Shown: positions 1 through 9,599 of the stretch, one piece after another | How the letters are laid out: the number at the start of each line of letters is the position of its first letter | How positions within the stretch are numbered: the stretch's first letter is position 1 | NCBI GenBank assembly: GCA_964636965.1 | Contig: CAZWST010000002.1 | Location: 12,344-76,343 of the forward strand | Length of the DNA stretch: 64,000 bases | DNA from: an uncultured Muribaculaceae bacterium | GTDB lineage: Bacteria; Bacillota_I; Bacilli_A; RF39; UBA660 | Direction of reading: 5' to 3' | Program-made: the position numbers and the translations under genes | The notes under the pieces: generated by a model | Database searches by the model: none | The model's input: only the letters and a program-made list of their open reading frames with translations | Told to the model about the DNA's origin: nothing

Positions 1-285
1 AGAAGATATACTACCAAACATTCTTCCATCTTTCCCAGTCTTAGCTTTAAACTTCACAGTAACATTAGCAAGTTTCTTCTTTAATTCTTCACACTCACTA
101 ATTAAAGCATCTTCTGCATCACTACGAGATTTTAAATCTCTTTCCAATTTATTTTTATTTTGAGTATTATAAGGAACAGCAAGACCTTTACTAATTAAGA
201 AATTATTAGCATATCCATCGGATACATCAATAACTTGATCTTTCTTTCCTTGTTTTTTTACATCTTGAAGTAAAATAACTTTCAT
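1..285 (-). CDS. rplI: 50S ribosomal protein L9, N-terminal part (3' end cut by the window edge)
   Basis: My own reverse translation from the ATG at 283-285 gives MKVILLQDVKKQGKKDQVIDVSDGYANNFLISKGLAVPYN..., the typical L9 N-terminus. This ORF is not in the ORF track. Confidence 0.85.
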   Translation of the reverse strand, partial: MKVILLQDVKKQGKKDQVIDVSDGYANNFLISKGLAVPYNTQNKNKLERDLKSRSDAEDALISECEELKKKLANVTVKFKAKTGKDGRMFGSISS

Positions 286-465
286 ATTATTTACCATCTC
301 CCATGTGTTTATATTATATCAAATATATCTTGTTTTTGCATTAAAAAAAGGAGATTTAAAACCAAACACCTACATAGATAAAACTTAAACTACCACACAT
401 ATTATGTTATTCTATATATAGATTAATATTTCATAAAGGAAATGGATAAAAAAAGAAGCTTACCT

Positions 466-948
466 TTAGTAAGCTATTTTTAATGTTTTTATTGAATGCC
501 AAGAATAATTATTTGCAATTAAAGAAATAATATTTCTTATATCATCTGATGAATATAAATCCTTTTTTTCTGAATCTATTAAGTATTTAGAAAATGGTTC
601 TAAATTCAAAACATGTTCATCTAATGATATATAGTTACCATCTACTTCATAAATAGTAGTAACCATTTCTTGATTCAAAACGTCTATTCCATCTTCAGTT
701 ACAACTCTCAATTCGCACTTCCCATCAGCCCCCTTAACTTCAACTAAAAACCAAGAGGATACAACACTATATTTAACATTACCCGTAACTAAACATTCAT
801 CATTAACGACTTCATAACTAAAACTTTTATTCTCATTAATTAAATCTATAAGTTCTGGAGTTTTTATTATTGCATTAGATATTGCATATGCAAGCAAAAC
901 TACACTAGCACTCGAAGCTGCGCCTGTTTTTTTATTCATCTCTATCAC
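466..948 (-). CDS. hypothetical protein (160 aa)
   Basis: Long ORF in the operon orientation. No motif recognised. Confidence 0.45.
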   Translation of the reverse strand: MIEMNKKTGAASSASVVLLAYAISNAIIKTPELIDLINENKSFSYEVVNDECLVTGNVKYSVVSSWFLVEVKGADGKCELRVVTEDGIDVLNQEMVTTIYEVDGNYISLDEHVLNLEPFSKYLIDSEKKDLYSSDDIRNIISLIANNYSWHSIKTLKIAY

Positions 949-1028
949 CTAAGTATAGTATAGCAGAAGAAAATAGCTTACAAATAATACCAAAACCTTA
1001 TATATCATATATCAAATTTGATATAACA

Positions 1029-1052
1029 TAAAAAAAGACACATAAGTGTCTT
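1029..1052 (-). terminator. intrinsic terminator after rpsR
   Basis: On the minus strand, AAGACAC-TTAT-GTGTCTT is followed by a T-run and overlaps the rpsR stop codon. Confidence 0.6.
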
Positions 1053-1266
1053 ATTTAACAAATGGTATTAAAGCCATAAATCTAGCTCTTTTAATTTGTT
1101 GAGCTATATGTCTTTGATGTTTAGCACATGCTCCAGTCATTCTTCTAGGCATTATTTTACCTTTTTCATTTATATATTTTGAAACAATAGCTACATCTTT
1201 ATAGTCTACGCTTTTACCAGCACACATTTGACAAATTTTCTTTTTCTTTCTGAAAAATTCAGCCAT
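1051..1266 (-). CDS. rpsR: 30S ribosomal protein S18
   Basis: 71 aa. Contains the motif ...[40 protein letters not shown]. Sits in the rpsF-ssb-rpsR synteny. Confidence 0.95.
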   Translation of the reverse strand: MAEFFRKKKKICQMCAGKSVDYKDVAIVSKYINEKGKIMPRRMTGACAKHQRHIAQQIKRARFMALIPFVK

Positions 1267-1281
1267 TAAACTTCTTCCTTT

Positions 1282-1737
1282 CTAAAATGGTAAATCATCA
1301 TCACTTAATACTACCTCAGAACCTAAATCCTTATAAGGATCTTCACTTAAGTCAGCACCATCTGATGGCATATCACCATTACTATAATCAGGCATGTTAT
1401 CAGCAAAATCCGAACCGCCACTATTTTTACTACTTAAAAATCTAACATTGTCAGCAACAACATCAGTAGTATATCTAGTAGTTCCATCTTGTGCTTGATA
1501 ACTACCAGTTTGGATTCTTCCAGTTATTCCAACTAATGAACCTTTCTTACAGTATTTAGAAACATTTTCAGCTTGATTTCTCCAAACTACAATATTGATA
1601 AAATCAGTATGTGGTTCCCCATTTGCACCAGGGCGACCATCAACTGCGATACTAAATCTGCAATTAGAAAGTCCACTAGAAGTTGTTCTTAATTCTGGAT
1701 CTCTTGTTAATCTTCCTACTAAACAAACATTATTCAT
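1282..1737 (-). CDS. ssb: single-stranded DNA-binding protein
   Basis: The OB-fold N-terminus reads MNNVCLVGRLTRDPELR...FINIVVWRNQAENV. The tail is acidic and ends in DDDLPF. Confidence 0.92.
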   Translation of the reverse strand: MNNVCLVGRLTRDPELRTTSSGLSNCRFSIAVDGRPGANGEPHTDFINIVVWRNQAENVSKYCKKGSLVGITGRIQTGSYQAQDGTTRYTTDVVADNVRFLSSKNSGGSDFADNMPDYSNGDMPSDGADLSEDPYKDLGSEVVLSDDDLPF

Positions 1738-1741
1738 AGGT

Positions 1742-2032
1742 TTACTCCTCGTCTAAACTAATTATCATATGTCTTATGATATTTTCATCGATTCTTGCTT
1801 TACGATCTAATTCATTAACAACATCATTAGTACCGTTAAAGTTAATTACATAATAAAAACCTGTAACTTCTTTGTTAATTGCATAAGCTAACTTTTTTTG
1901 TCCCATATCTTTTTCATCAGTAATTTCACCCTTCATAGAAGTAATTACAGACTTTAAGTTTTCAATAGAACTCTTAACAGTTGCCTCATCAATTGTAGTC
2001 TTTACTATGAACATCATTTCATACTTGTTCAT
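1742..2032 (-). CDS. rpsF: 30S ribosomal protein S6
   Basis: 96 aa starting MNKYEMMFIV..., with LAYAINK. It is the first gene of the rpsF-ssb-rpsR operon. Confidence 0.95.
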   Translation of the reverse strand: MNKYEMMFIVKTTIDEATVKSSIENLKSVITSMKGEITDEKDMGQKKLAYAINKEVTGFYYVINFNGTNDVVNELDRKARIDENIIRHMIISLDEE

Positions 2033-2099
2033 ACAACACCTCCTTATGGTCTATTCGGCTTTAGTTCATTCTAAAGCAAGGAGCTCTTCGCTCGAAAGT
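2033..2099 (-). promoter_or_regulatory. candidate structured rpsF 5' leader (S6:S18 autoregulatory type)
   Basis: In the transcript, CTCCTT (2078-2083) can pair with the SD AAGGAG (2040-2045). This pairing encloses the hairpin CTTTAG-AATGAA-CTAAAG. Confidence 0.35.
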
Positions 2100-2128
2100 A
2101 TTATAGCAAATAACAACCTTTATGTAAA
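2100..2128 (-). promoter_or_regulatory. sigma-A type promoter of the rpsF operon
   Basis: On the minus strand: -35 TTTACA (2123-2128), a 17-nt spacer, and -10 TATAAT (2100-2105). Confidence 0.5.
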
Positions 2129-2291
2129 TAATTAATTTAAAATTAGACTTTTTGGTTTAGTAAAATACTGTTCATTGAAGTTTTTACCTCTATATCATAT
2201 CCACTAAAATCATATGCATCAAGATTAATTTGAAAACTAGCATTTTTAAATGTTACAAAAAAATTTTAGACATTATAATTTTTTATAATAA

Positions 2292-2318
2292 CAAAAAATA
2301 GACTTTTTTTAGTCTATT
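2292..2318 (-). terminator. intrinsic terminator after ORF 2317..3030
   Basis: AATAGACT-AAAAAA-AGTCTATT is followed by a T-run on the minus strand. Confidence 0.55.
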
Positions 2319-3030
2319 AATCATCTTTATAAGGATATCTATAATAATAAGATTGATTCTTATCTTCCCTATGACTTTTTTTATCTTCGGGAAATGCCGG
2401 GATCTCTTCTACTTCTGGTACATCTTCTAAAAAGATTTTATATAAATCATCTAAACTATATTTAGATGTATCAAGAAGCAAAAATCGTATTGCTTCTGGA
2501 AATCTTTTCATACTTGAAAGTTTATGATAAACATACGAATAATCTGAAGTTTTAATAGCATCAATTTCAATTCTTTCTGCTACATATCTTAATGGACCAT
2601 CAAAAAAACTATCATAAATAATACTATCAGAACGCGTTTTATCACACTTATAAAATGCATCTAAACTTCCTTTAGTCATATTTGCAAGAACAATAGATTC
2701 AAGTGGATAAGATTTGTCATTATAAATTATATTGGTAAATAAAGCCTGCTTAGGTTCTCCATTTTTTATTATATATACCCCATTACCAGTTAGTTCCATA
2801 TCAATTGGCATAATGCCATTTTCTTTTAAATACTTATTTGATATCTTTGCTAGAATTTCATCTTTTATCGAAGCAAATAGTTGAAATTTATCCAAAAACT
2901 TTAATGTAAATGAATCAATCTCTGATAACGTACCAGTCTTTAATTCATGTAGATAAGGTTCATCACACCAGGGATATACATTTAAGCTCAACATTAATGA
3001 ACATTTCTCTTTCATTTTTAAAACCCCCAA
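2317..3030 (-). CDS. hypothetical protein (237 aa)
   Basis: Long ORF between ychF and rpsF. No motif recognised. Confidence 0.45.
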   Translation of the reverse strand: MGVLKMKEKCSLMLSLNVYPWCDEPYLHELKTGTLSEIDSFTLKFLDKFQLFASIKDEILAKISNKYLKENGIMPIDMELTGNGVYIIKNGEPKQALFTNIIYNDKSYPLESIVLANMTKGSLDAFYKCDKTRSDSIIYDSFFDGPLRYVAERIEIDAIKTSDYSYVYHKLSSMKRFPEAIRFLLLDTSKYSLDDLYKIFLEDVPEVEEIPAFPEDKKSHREDKNQSYYYRYPYKDD

Positions 3031-3034
3031 ATAT

Positions 3035-4141
3035 CTATTTAGTTACATTAAATCTAAAATAAACAATATCTCCATCTTGCATTAAATATTCTTTTCCTTC
3101 AAGGCGAACACGACCAGCTTCTTTAACTTTAAGTTCAGATCCATATGTCTTTAAATCATCAAAGCTCATTACTTCTGCTTTGATAAATCCTTTTTCAAAG
3201 TCTGTATGAATAATACCAGCACATTCAGGTGCTTTCATTCCTTTTCTGAATGTCCAAGCACGACATTCATCTGACCCACTTGTAAAAAATGTTTCAAGGC
3301 CAAGTAAATCGTATGTTGCAAATATCAATTTATCAAGACCTGAATTTGTTATACCCAAGTCTTCCATAAATGCTTTTCTTTCATCATCTTCAAGTGGTGC
3401 AAGTTCTGCTTCAATCTTAGCGGACATAACAATTACTCCAGCACCTTCCTTAGAAGCATACTCCATTACTTTATCAGTATATTCATTATGACCAACTGAT
3501 GCATTTTCTTCAGATACATTCGCAGCATAAATCATTGGTTTTAAAGTAATAAAAGAAAAATTCTTAAGAACTGCTAGTTCGGCATCATCAAATTCAACTC
3601 TTCTTAAAGGAATATTAGCTTCTAAAGCCTCAATACATTTTTTTAATGTATTAATCTCAAGTAACTCTTGTTTATCTTTTGTCATTGTAGCTTTCTTACC
3701 AATTTTATTTAAACGATTATTAATTATTTCCAAATCGGAAAATATTAGCTCAACATTAATAATCTCAATATCTCTAATTGGATCTACTCCACCTTCAACA
3801 TGTGTAATATCTTTATCATCAAAACATCTAACAACTTCTACAATTGCATCTACTTCTCTTACATGACTTAAGAATTTATTACCTAGGCCTTCGCCTTGGC
3901 TAGCACCTTTAACTAAACCAGCTATATCAATAAACTCATAAGCAGTAGGAACAATACTTTTTGGATTATACATTGATACTAAATAATCAAGTCTTGTATC
4001 TGGAACAGTTACTACTCCAACATTTGGATCAATTGTTGCAAATGGATAGTTAGCTGCTAAAATATTCTTTTTTGTAATCGCGTTAAATAAAGTGGATTTA
4101 CCAACATTAGGTAATCCAACAATACCAGCTTTTAATGCCAT
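3035..4141 (-). CDS. ychF: ribosome-binding ATPase YchF
   Basis: Starts MALKAGIVGLPNVGKSTLFNA (P-loop). The TGS-like C-terminus ends ...DGDIVYFRFNV. I moved the start to the ATG at 4141, which follows the RBS GGAAGAGGGA. Confidence 0.95.
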   Translation of the reverse strand: MALKAGIVGLPNVGKSTLFNAITKKNILAANYPFATIDPNVGVVTVPDTRLDYLVSMYNPKSIVPTAYEFIDIAGLVKGASQGEGLGNKFLSHVREVDAIVEVVRCFDDKDITHVEGGVDPIRDIEIINVELIFSDLEIINNRLNKIGKKATMTKDKQELLEINTLKKCIEALEANIPLRRVEFDDAELAVLKNFSFITLKPMIYAANVSEENASVGHNEYTDKVMEYASKEGAGVIVMSAKIEAELAPLEDDERKAFMEDLGITNSGLDKLIFATYDLLGLETFFTSGSDECRAWTFRKGMKAPECAGIIHTDFEKGFIKAEVMSFDDLKTYGSELKVKEAGRVRLEGKEYLMQDGDIVYFRFNVTK

Positions 4142-4231
4142 ATATATCCCTCTTCCTAAAAACAATTATAACATATTTAATCAATTCATTACATTATGAA
4201 TTAATATTTATTATTATTTAATAAATAATTG

Positions 4232-5551
4232 CTATTTTTGTTTAACAGTTAATGTTTTTTTCTTTTGTTTTTCTTCTAAATAAGTGTTTATTTTCTTATA
4301 AATACCTTCAATTTTTAAAAAGTCATCATCTCTTACGATTGGATAAGCATCACTTCTTAATCCTCTTCTATCATCATACACACTTTTCATACCTAAATTA
4401 ATCAAGTATCCTTTACTATTTTGAACTTCTAGATTAAATTCTTTATAATAAGGACTCCTTAAATTTATTCCATCATTATAAAAAGTCACTCTTGCTAATA
4501 TAAATTTTTCATAAAGAAATGCAACACTTATTCCATTTTCTAATCTCTCAAATCTAAGTCCACCAATATCTCGAATATTATCTCTTTTCATACGTTTTTT
4601 CATAATCCTTCGAGATAAGTGATCAATTTCATCAACAATTGTTAATCTTTCTCTTATTCCATCTGTTTCTTTTTCAAACTCTTCTCTGTAATTCATATAC
4701 TCTTTAAGTATTTCATTAAATGATTTATTATTCTTAAGTGTAATACCATCATTAAATTTAGAATATTCTTCCATTAAAACATCTAAAGTATACTGATAAA
4801 GTTTATTATAATCACGATGTGTATAAATAGTTTTTCTATTCAATTCTTTTGAACTAGTATCAGAAATATTTAACTGAGAAATATTAACATCATTTCCAGA
4901 AATCAAATTAAAATTAGCCAAGTAAATAAAACCACTTTCACCATTTAAACATTCAGCAAATTCTTCTGAAAAGCCAGTTAGATAATCATTAATCCCCGAT
5001 ATAACAATATCACTAGATAAAATACTTTTTAAAAAAGTTTCATCATGATAGTCAGATTCTTCATAACATTTTATTTCTCCAAAACCTTGTTTATTAAAAT
5101 AAGATTCAACGAAAGGAAACATTTCTTTCTTACCAATAAACATAACTCTCAAATCTTTATTATCTTTAGATATTATAGCTTCAGGCGCATTCCTTTCTTC
5201 AAACTTAAAAGAACTAATTATTGTAAATACATCTTTTTCTGATAAACTATTACGTGCAACTAATCTAGTTAAAAGCATATATTTATGATTGTCTATTTCA
5301 ATATATGGAATAGAATTCAAAAAAATATTTTTATATATTTTTTCATATACTTTTTCACTATTATTTCCCACATAGAAATTACTTTTTACAAAAGCTAAAT
5401 CAATAGTTTCGAACATATCAGGGTTATTCGAAAAATACGCTAAAACTTGAGGAGATGATTTAAACCATAGTATATTCTTATAACCATATTTAATTAGTAA
5501 ATTGTAATCTTCTTCTCTATTACTTAATAAAAATATTTTATGTTTTTTCAT
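4232..5551 (-). CDS. hypothetical protein (439 aa)
   Basis: Long ORF with no recognised family. Confidence 0.45.
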   Translation of the reverse strand: MKKHKIFLLSNREEDYNLLIKYGYKNILWFKSSPQVLAYFSNNPDMFETIDLAFVKSNFYVGNNSEKVYEKIYKNIFLNSIPYIEIDNHKYMLLTRLVARNSLSEKDVFTIISSFKFEERNAPEAIISKDNKDLRVMFIGKKEMFPFVESYFNKQGFGEIKCYEESDYHDETFLKSILSSDIVISGINDYLTGFSEEFAECLNGESGFIYLANFNLISGNDVNISQLNISDTSSKELNRKTIYTHRDYNKLYQYTLDVLMEEYSKFNDGITLKNNKSFNEILKEYMNYREEFEKETDGIRERLTIVDEIDHLSRRIMKKRMKRDNIRDIGGLRFERLENGISVAFLYEKFILARVTFYNDGINLRSPYYKEFNLEVQNSKGYLINLGMKSVYDDRRGLRSDAYPIVRDDDFLKIEGIYKKINTYLEEKQKKKTLTVKQK

Positions 5552-5614
5552 AGCTATCAGTCCTATCCTAGTTGAATTAATAATTATTATATCAAAAAAA
5601 GAACTAGTTTTAAA

Positions 5615-6781
5615 CTAATTCTTTAATGTTAATTCGCAAGTTTTTTCTTTACCATCTCTTAAGTAAGTGATTTTAACTTTATCACCTTTATTAGATTTAA
5701 ATAAATAGTATTTTAAATATTTAAAGTTGGTAATTTCATAGTCATCATATTTAATAATAACATCACCTGATTTTAATCCAGCGCGACTAGCATTTGAATC
5801 ATCTAGAACACTAACAACAACTGCACCATTTTTTACACTATCGGGTAAGTCAATATTATTAGCACTAGCACCAGCTACATCAGTCATAGTTAAGCCAAGT
5901 GATGGTTTATCATCAACACTTGAAGTTTTACCATTTTCTAAATTATTTGCAACTTCTAAAGCATCTTCAATTGGAATAGCAAACCCAATATTTTCAATAC
6001 TTGTTTGAGAAAAAGATGAAGATAATTTACTACTAGTTATACCTACAACTTCACCATTACAATTAGCAAGTGGGCCACCAGAATTACCTGAGTTAATTGA
6101 GGCATCTATTTGTAATAATTTTGCATACCATGAATCAGTACTCTTTTGTTCTCTACTACCGCCAAAGAAACTATAAGCACCAGATGAAGAACTATTCTTC
6201 ATTTCAACTAATCTGTCTTTACCGCTTAAAATACCTCTTGTAACAGTAAATGAATAATCTAAGCTAACAGGAGTTCCAATAGCAAAAACTGTATCACCAA
6301 CTCTTAAATTCTCTGATTTACCTATTTCTGCAACTTCAATAATTGAAGATGCATCTATTTTTAAAACAGCAACATCAGTAAATTGATCACTGCCTATTAA
6401 TGTAGCATCCGTAGATGTTCCATTACTCATTTCTACTGTAATCTTTTTAGTATCATCAACAACATGATGATTTGTTAATACATAAGCATCTTTATTATCC
6501 TTTTTATAAACAAAGCCGCTTCCCCATCCAGATAATGATTTTCCATCTTGAGATACTTTAACTATAACTGTTGCATCATATAATTTATCAACGGCATCAG
6601 CTATTCCTTCATCTGTTACAGTAACTTCCTTAGATACTTTTTCTTTTACAGTTGGTGTAGTATTAAATATATCACTTAAAGGAACATAATTTAATACGAC
6701 TCCAATCCCTGCTATTATAACTAAAATTATTATTGCCGTAATTACTAAAACTTGAATTCCATTTTTTTTATCTCTTTCCAT
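5615..6781 (-). CDS. htrA: HtrA/DegP-family serine protease with N-terminal TM anchor and C-terminal PDZ domain
   Basis: Trypsin-like catalytic motifs TNHHVV (His) and GNSGGPL (Ser). PDZ-like region GLKSGDVIIKYDD. Confidence 0.85.
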   Translation of the reverse strand: MERDKKNGIQVLVITAIIILVIIAGIGVVLNYVPLSDIFNTTPTVKEKVSKEVTVTDEGIADAVDKLYDATVIVKVSQDGKSLSGWGSGFVYKKDNKDAYVLTNHHVVDDTKKITVEMSNGTSTDATLIGSDQFTDVAVLKIDASSIIEVAEIGKSENLRVGDTVFAIGTPVSLDYSFTVTRGILSGKDRLVEMKNSSSSGAYSFFGGSREQKSTDSWYAKLLQIDASINSGNSGGPLANCNGEVVGITSSKLSSSFSQTSIENIGFAIPIEDALEVANNLENGKTSSVDDKPSLGLTMTDVAGASANNIDLPDSVKNGAVVVSVLDDSNASRAGLKSGDVIIKYDDYEITNFKYLKYYLFKSNKGDKVKITYLRDGKEKTCELTLKN

Positions 6782-6791
6782 ACTCTTCCTC

Positions 6792-7721
6792 CTAATCTTC
6801 TAAAAGCAATTTATAATTTGTTGGGAACCCCATTCTATCAAGCACCTTATCAATTGAAATAATAGATAACTTTCCAGAAAGTTTATCTATTTCATAAGAA
6901 ACTTCATTAATAAACATTCTAAAATCATCTTTTGACAACATATATTTAAATATTATGATAACTGAAAACAAATCTCCCTTACCATATATATATTCCTCAT
7001 TAATACGAGGAATATTTAATCTTTCATGATATTTATTATCAGGAATAAATTTTTGCGTTCTATGTTCAAATAAAATATCTTCGTGAGCACATAGATTACG
7101 ATAATTAGATAGTATTGGTAAGAACACTGCCAAACTTTCATTATCTACATTAAACTCTTTAGCAATTTCTTTCTGATCAGATAATTTCATTATCGTATAT
7201 AGTTCACTAGTAATACCAAATGATAGAACTTTAACTACAATCCAAAGAGGTATGTAGCCATAATTATTTATGTAATGCTTCGTGGCTTCATGTTGTCCAC
7301 CATTAACTCTAATTTGTCTTTTCATCTTTTTTAAAAGATCATTAACTTGTCTTTGCTTTTCTGGTGATTGATTATAATTAGATGGTCTTAAATAATCATT
7401 TTCTTTATAACCATACTTTTGTGATAAGGTATAGGAAAATATACTTTTACAGTTATTTTCTATAATTAAGATATTTTTAAATATTATATTTCTAAGTTGT
7501 CTATCAAAATAGAAAAGTGAATACAATTCTTTAAATGTAGTACCTTGTTTAAATAATTTATTGTTTTCATCATCCATGAATAAATGCCTGTAACCCATTA
7601 AGAAAAAATAATTTTCTCTCAATATTACACTCTTAGCATATTCAATATCATCAATAATTAAACCTTTACCATTTAAAATTTGGATCTGTTCATCTAAAGT
7701 CTTAAATATCTTAGTCCCCAT
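6792..7721 (-). CDS. Abi_2 (AbiD/AbiF-like) abortive infection family protein
   Basis: N-terminus reads F.TLDEQIQIL..KGLII.D...A...L...NYF.L.GY. The central motif is YRNLCAHEDILFEH (RN..AH), typical of Abi_2. Confidence 0.72.
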   Translation of the reverse strand: MGTKIFKTLDEQIQILNGKGLIIDDIEYAKSVILRENYFFLMGYRHLFMDDENNKLFKQGTTFKELYSLFYFDRQLRNIIFKNILIIENNCKSIFSYTLSQKYGYKENDYLRPSNYNQSPEKQRQVNDLLKKMKRQIRVNGGQHEATKHYINNYGYIPLWIVVKVLSFGITSELYTIMKLSDQKEIAKEFNVDNESLAVFLPILSNYRNLCAHEDILFEHRTQKFIPDNKYHERLNIPRINEEYIYGKGDLFSVIIIFKYMLSKDDFRMFINEVSYEIDKLSGKLSIISIDKVLDRMGFPTNYKLLLED

Positions 7722-7808
7722 ATATTATTCACCTATTATTGATTTTACCACACATCACATTAAAAATATATAACTTAAATATGAAATAACCGTGAAAAAA
7801 AGAAAAAA

Positions 7809-8201
7809 CTATGCAGCTTTTCCTTCTTCATTTGTTAAACTTAAATTTTTTCCTTTATTTACTTCATTAACAATATTATTAGCTTGAGCTTCTATAGCTT
7901 GTGGACTAGGTCCATTAGTTAAGCTTGCACTTTCCATTTCTAAATAAGCAGTTAGTGCTTCTTTATAATTTGAAAGCCTGATTACTTGTCCCTTTAATCT
8001 CTTAAGAAAATCTAAGGCAGATTGAGCTTGTCCAGATTTAACAATATCAACTATTGATAACTCACAAAACGTATTAAATATTCTATCACAATTGGCACAT
8101 AGCTTTTCAAAAACTGATACATTAGATTTACTTTCAAGTTTATCTAATACTAAGTCAACACCATCAAGTTCTTTTATAATTGAATCCAATTTTTCTTTCA
8201 T
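7809..8201 (-). CDS. hypothetical helical protein (130 aa)
   Basis: ORF in the same orientation, upstream of the Abi gene. No motif recognised. Confidence 0.4.
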   Translation of the reverse strand: MKEKLDSIIKELDGVDLVLDKLESKSNVSVFEKLCANCDRIFNTFCELSIVDIVKSGQAQSALDFLKRLKGQVIRLSNYKEALTAYLEMESASLTNGPSPQAIEAQANNIVNEVNKGKNLSLTNEEGKAA

Positions 8202-8295
8202 ATTTCCACCTCAGTTTATAATATTATAACAATTATTTTATTAGAAATTATAATATCTAAAGTTATTTGGCATTTAATTTACAAAGAAAAAAGAC

Positions 8296-8748
8296 TTATT
8301 TAAAACCTAGTTCATTAACCATTTCATTCATTAATTTAGTTTGATCTGCTGGAGATTCAATTGCAATATAAGAATCTTCTACCCAACCAACAAAGTAATA
8401 CTTTTCTGAATCAGTTACTACTAAATAAGTCCAGTTATCTCCACCCTTATCTTCTTTTTCATAATCATTTAAAACCTTGTTATAAACATTCTTACATTCA
8501 TCTAAAAATATTCCTTGAATATCATACTTCTTATTACCCTTAACATAGTTAACTTTAACTTGTCCCTTTATACCATATAAAGCCTTATCAGCATAGCCAA
8601 CTTGTTCAGTAGAATCAAATACCTCAAAGTGATATTTTTCTAAAATGCTTTGAATATCACTCGGACTTTTCGCATTTCTTGTTCCGCCACAGCCACATAG
8701 TAAAATTATTACTGCTAGCAACATTATTAAATATTTAATCTTTTTCAT
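8296..8748 (-). CDS. putative lipoprotein (150 aa)
   Basis: Signal peptide with the lipobox LLCGCGG. Confidence 0.6.
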   Translation of the reverse strand: MKKIKYLIMLLAVIILLCGCGGTRNAKSPSDIQSILEKYHFEVFDSTEQVGYADKALYGIKGQVKVNYVKGNKKYDIQGIFLDECKNVYNKVLNDYEKEDKGGDNWTYLVVTDSEKYYFVGWVEDSYIAIESPADQTKLMNEMVNELGFK

Positions 8749-8761
8749 ATCTTACTCCTAA

Positions 8762-9595
8762 CTAAAATGACTTTCTATTAACAACATCATATGTATCACA
8801 TATTGCTACAAATGCATTTGGATCAATTATTTTTATACCTTCTTTTAACTTATAATAATCTTTAGTATCAATAACTGTCAAAAATATTTGGTTTTTCTTC
8901 TTTGTAAAACCACCCTTAACATCAAGAACAGTAAGTTCATATTTTAAATCATGAATAATATAATGCTTTACTTCTTTATCTTTACTAGTAATTACATAAA
9001 ACATCTTTGAATCATTTATCCCAAATCTTGTTTTTGTAATCATATATTTAGATATAAATATAATAATCATTGAATAAAGAGTTATTTGATATCCAAATAA
9101 CACTAAAGAAACTGCAAGAAGTATAACATCAATTACCCAAGAATAAATCTTACTATGAAACTTAGTTAACTTACCTAACATTTCTTCAATTAAATATACA
9201 ACACTGGCACTTGCACCTTGTTTATATATAAAACTATAACCAAATCCTGTAATAAATCCTGCAACTATTATAACAAGAAGCATTTCTGGTAAAACTATAA
9301 TAAATGATTTTGCCAAAAAAGAGAATAAATATACAAATATTGGTATCATTATTGAAGGAAGCAAATATTCTTTTATTATAGAATAATCTAAGACAAACGA
9401 CGATATAAGAATACCAACTATATTTAAAAATAAAATATTTAACCCTGGATTAACACCATTAATATAATATAACATGGTTGCAATTCCATTAATACCAAAT
9501 GTAAATAAGTTATTAGGAATAACAATAAAGTCTATCGCGAATGCAATTAATGCACATCCTAATAAAATATTAATATATTTTATTAAAGTTTTCAT
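8762..9595 (-). CDS. YitT-family membrane protein (DUF2179 C-terminal domain)
   Basis: About 5 TM segments followed by a soluble C-terminal domain. The size and layout fit the YitT family. Confidence 0.6.
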   Translation of the reverse strand: MKTLIKYINILLGCALIAFAIDFIVIPNNLFTFGINGIATMLYYINGVNPGLNILFLNIVGILISSFVLDYSIIKEYLLPSIMIPIFVYLFSFLAKSFIIVLPEMLLVIIVAGFITGFGYSFIYKQGASASVVYLIEEMLGKLTKFHSKIYSWVIDVILLAVSLVLFGYQITLYSMIIIFISKYMITKTRFGINDSKMFYVITSKDKEVKHYIIHDLKYELTVLDVKGGFTKKKNQIFLTVIDTKDYYKLKEGIKIIDPNAFVAICDTYDVVNRKSF

Positions 9596-9599
9596 AATA

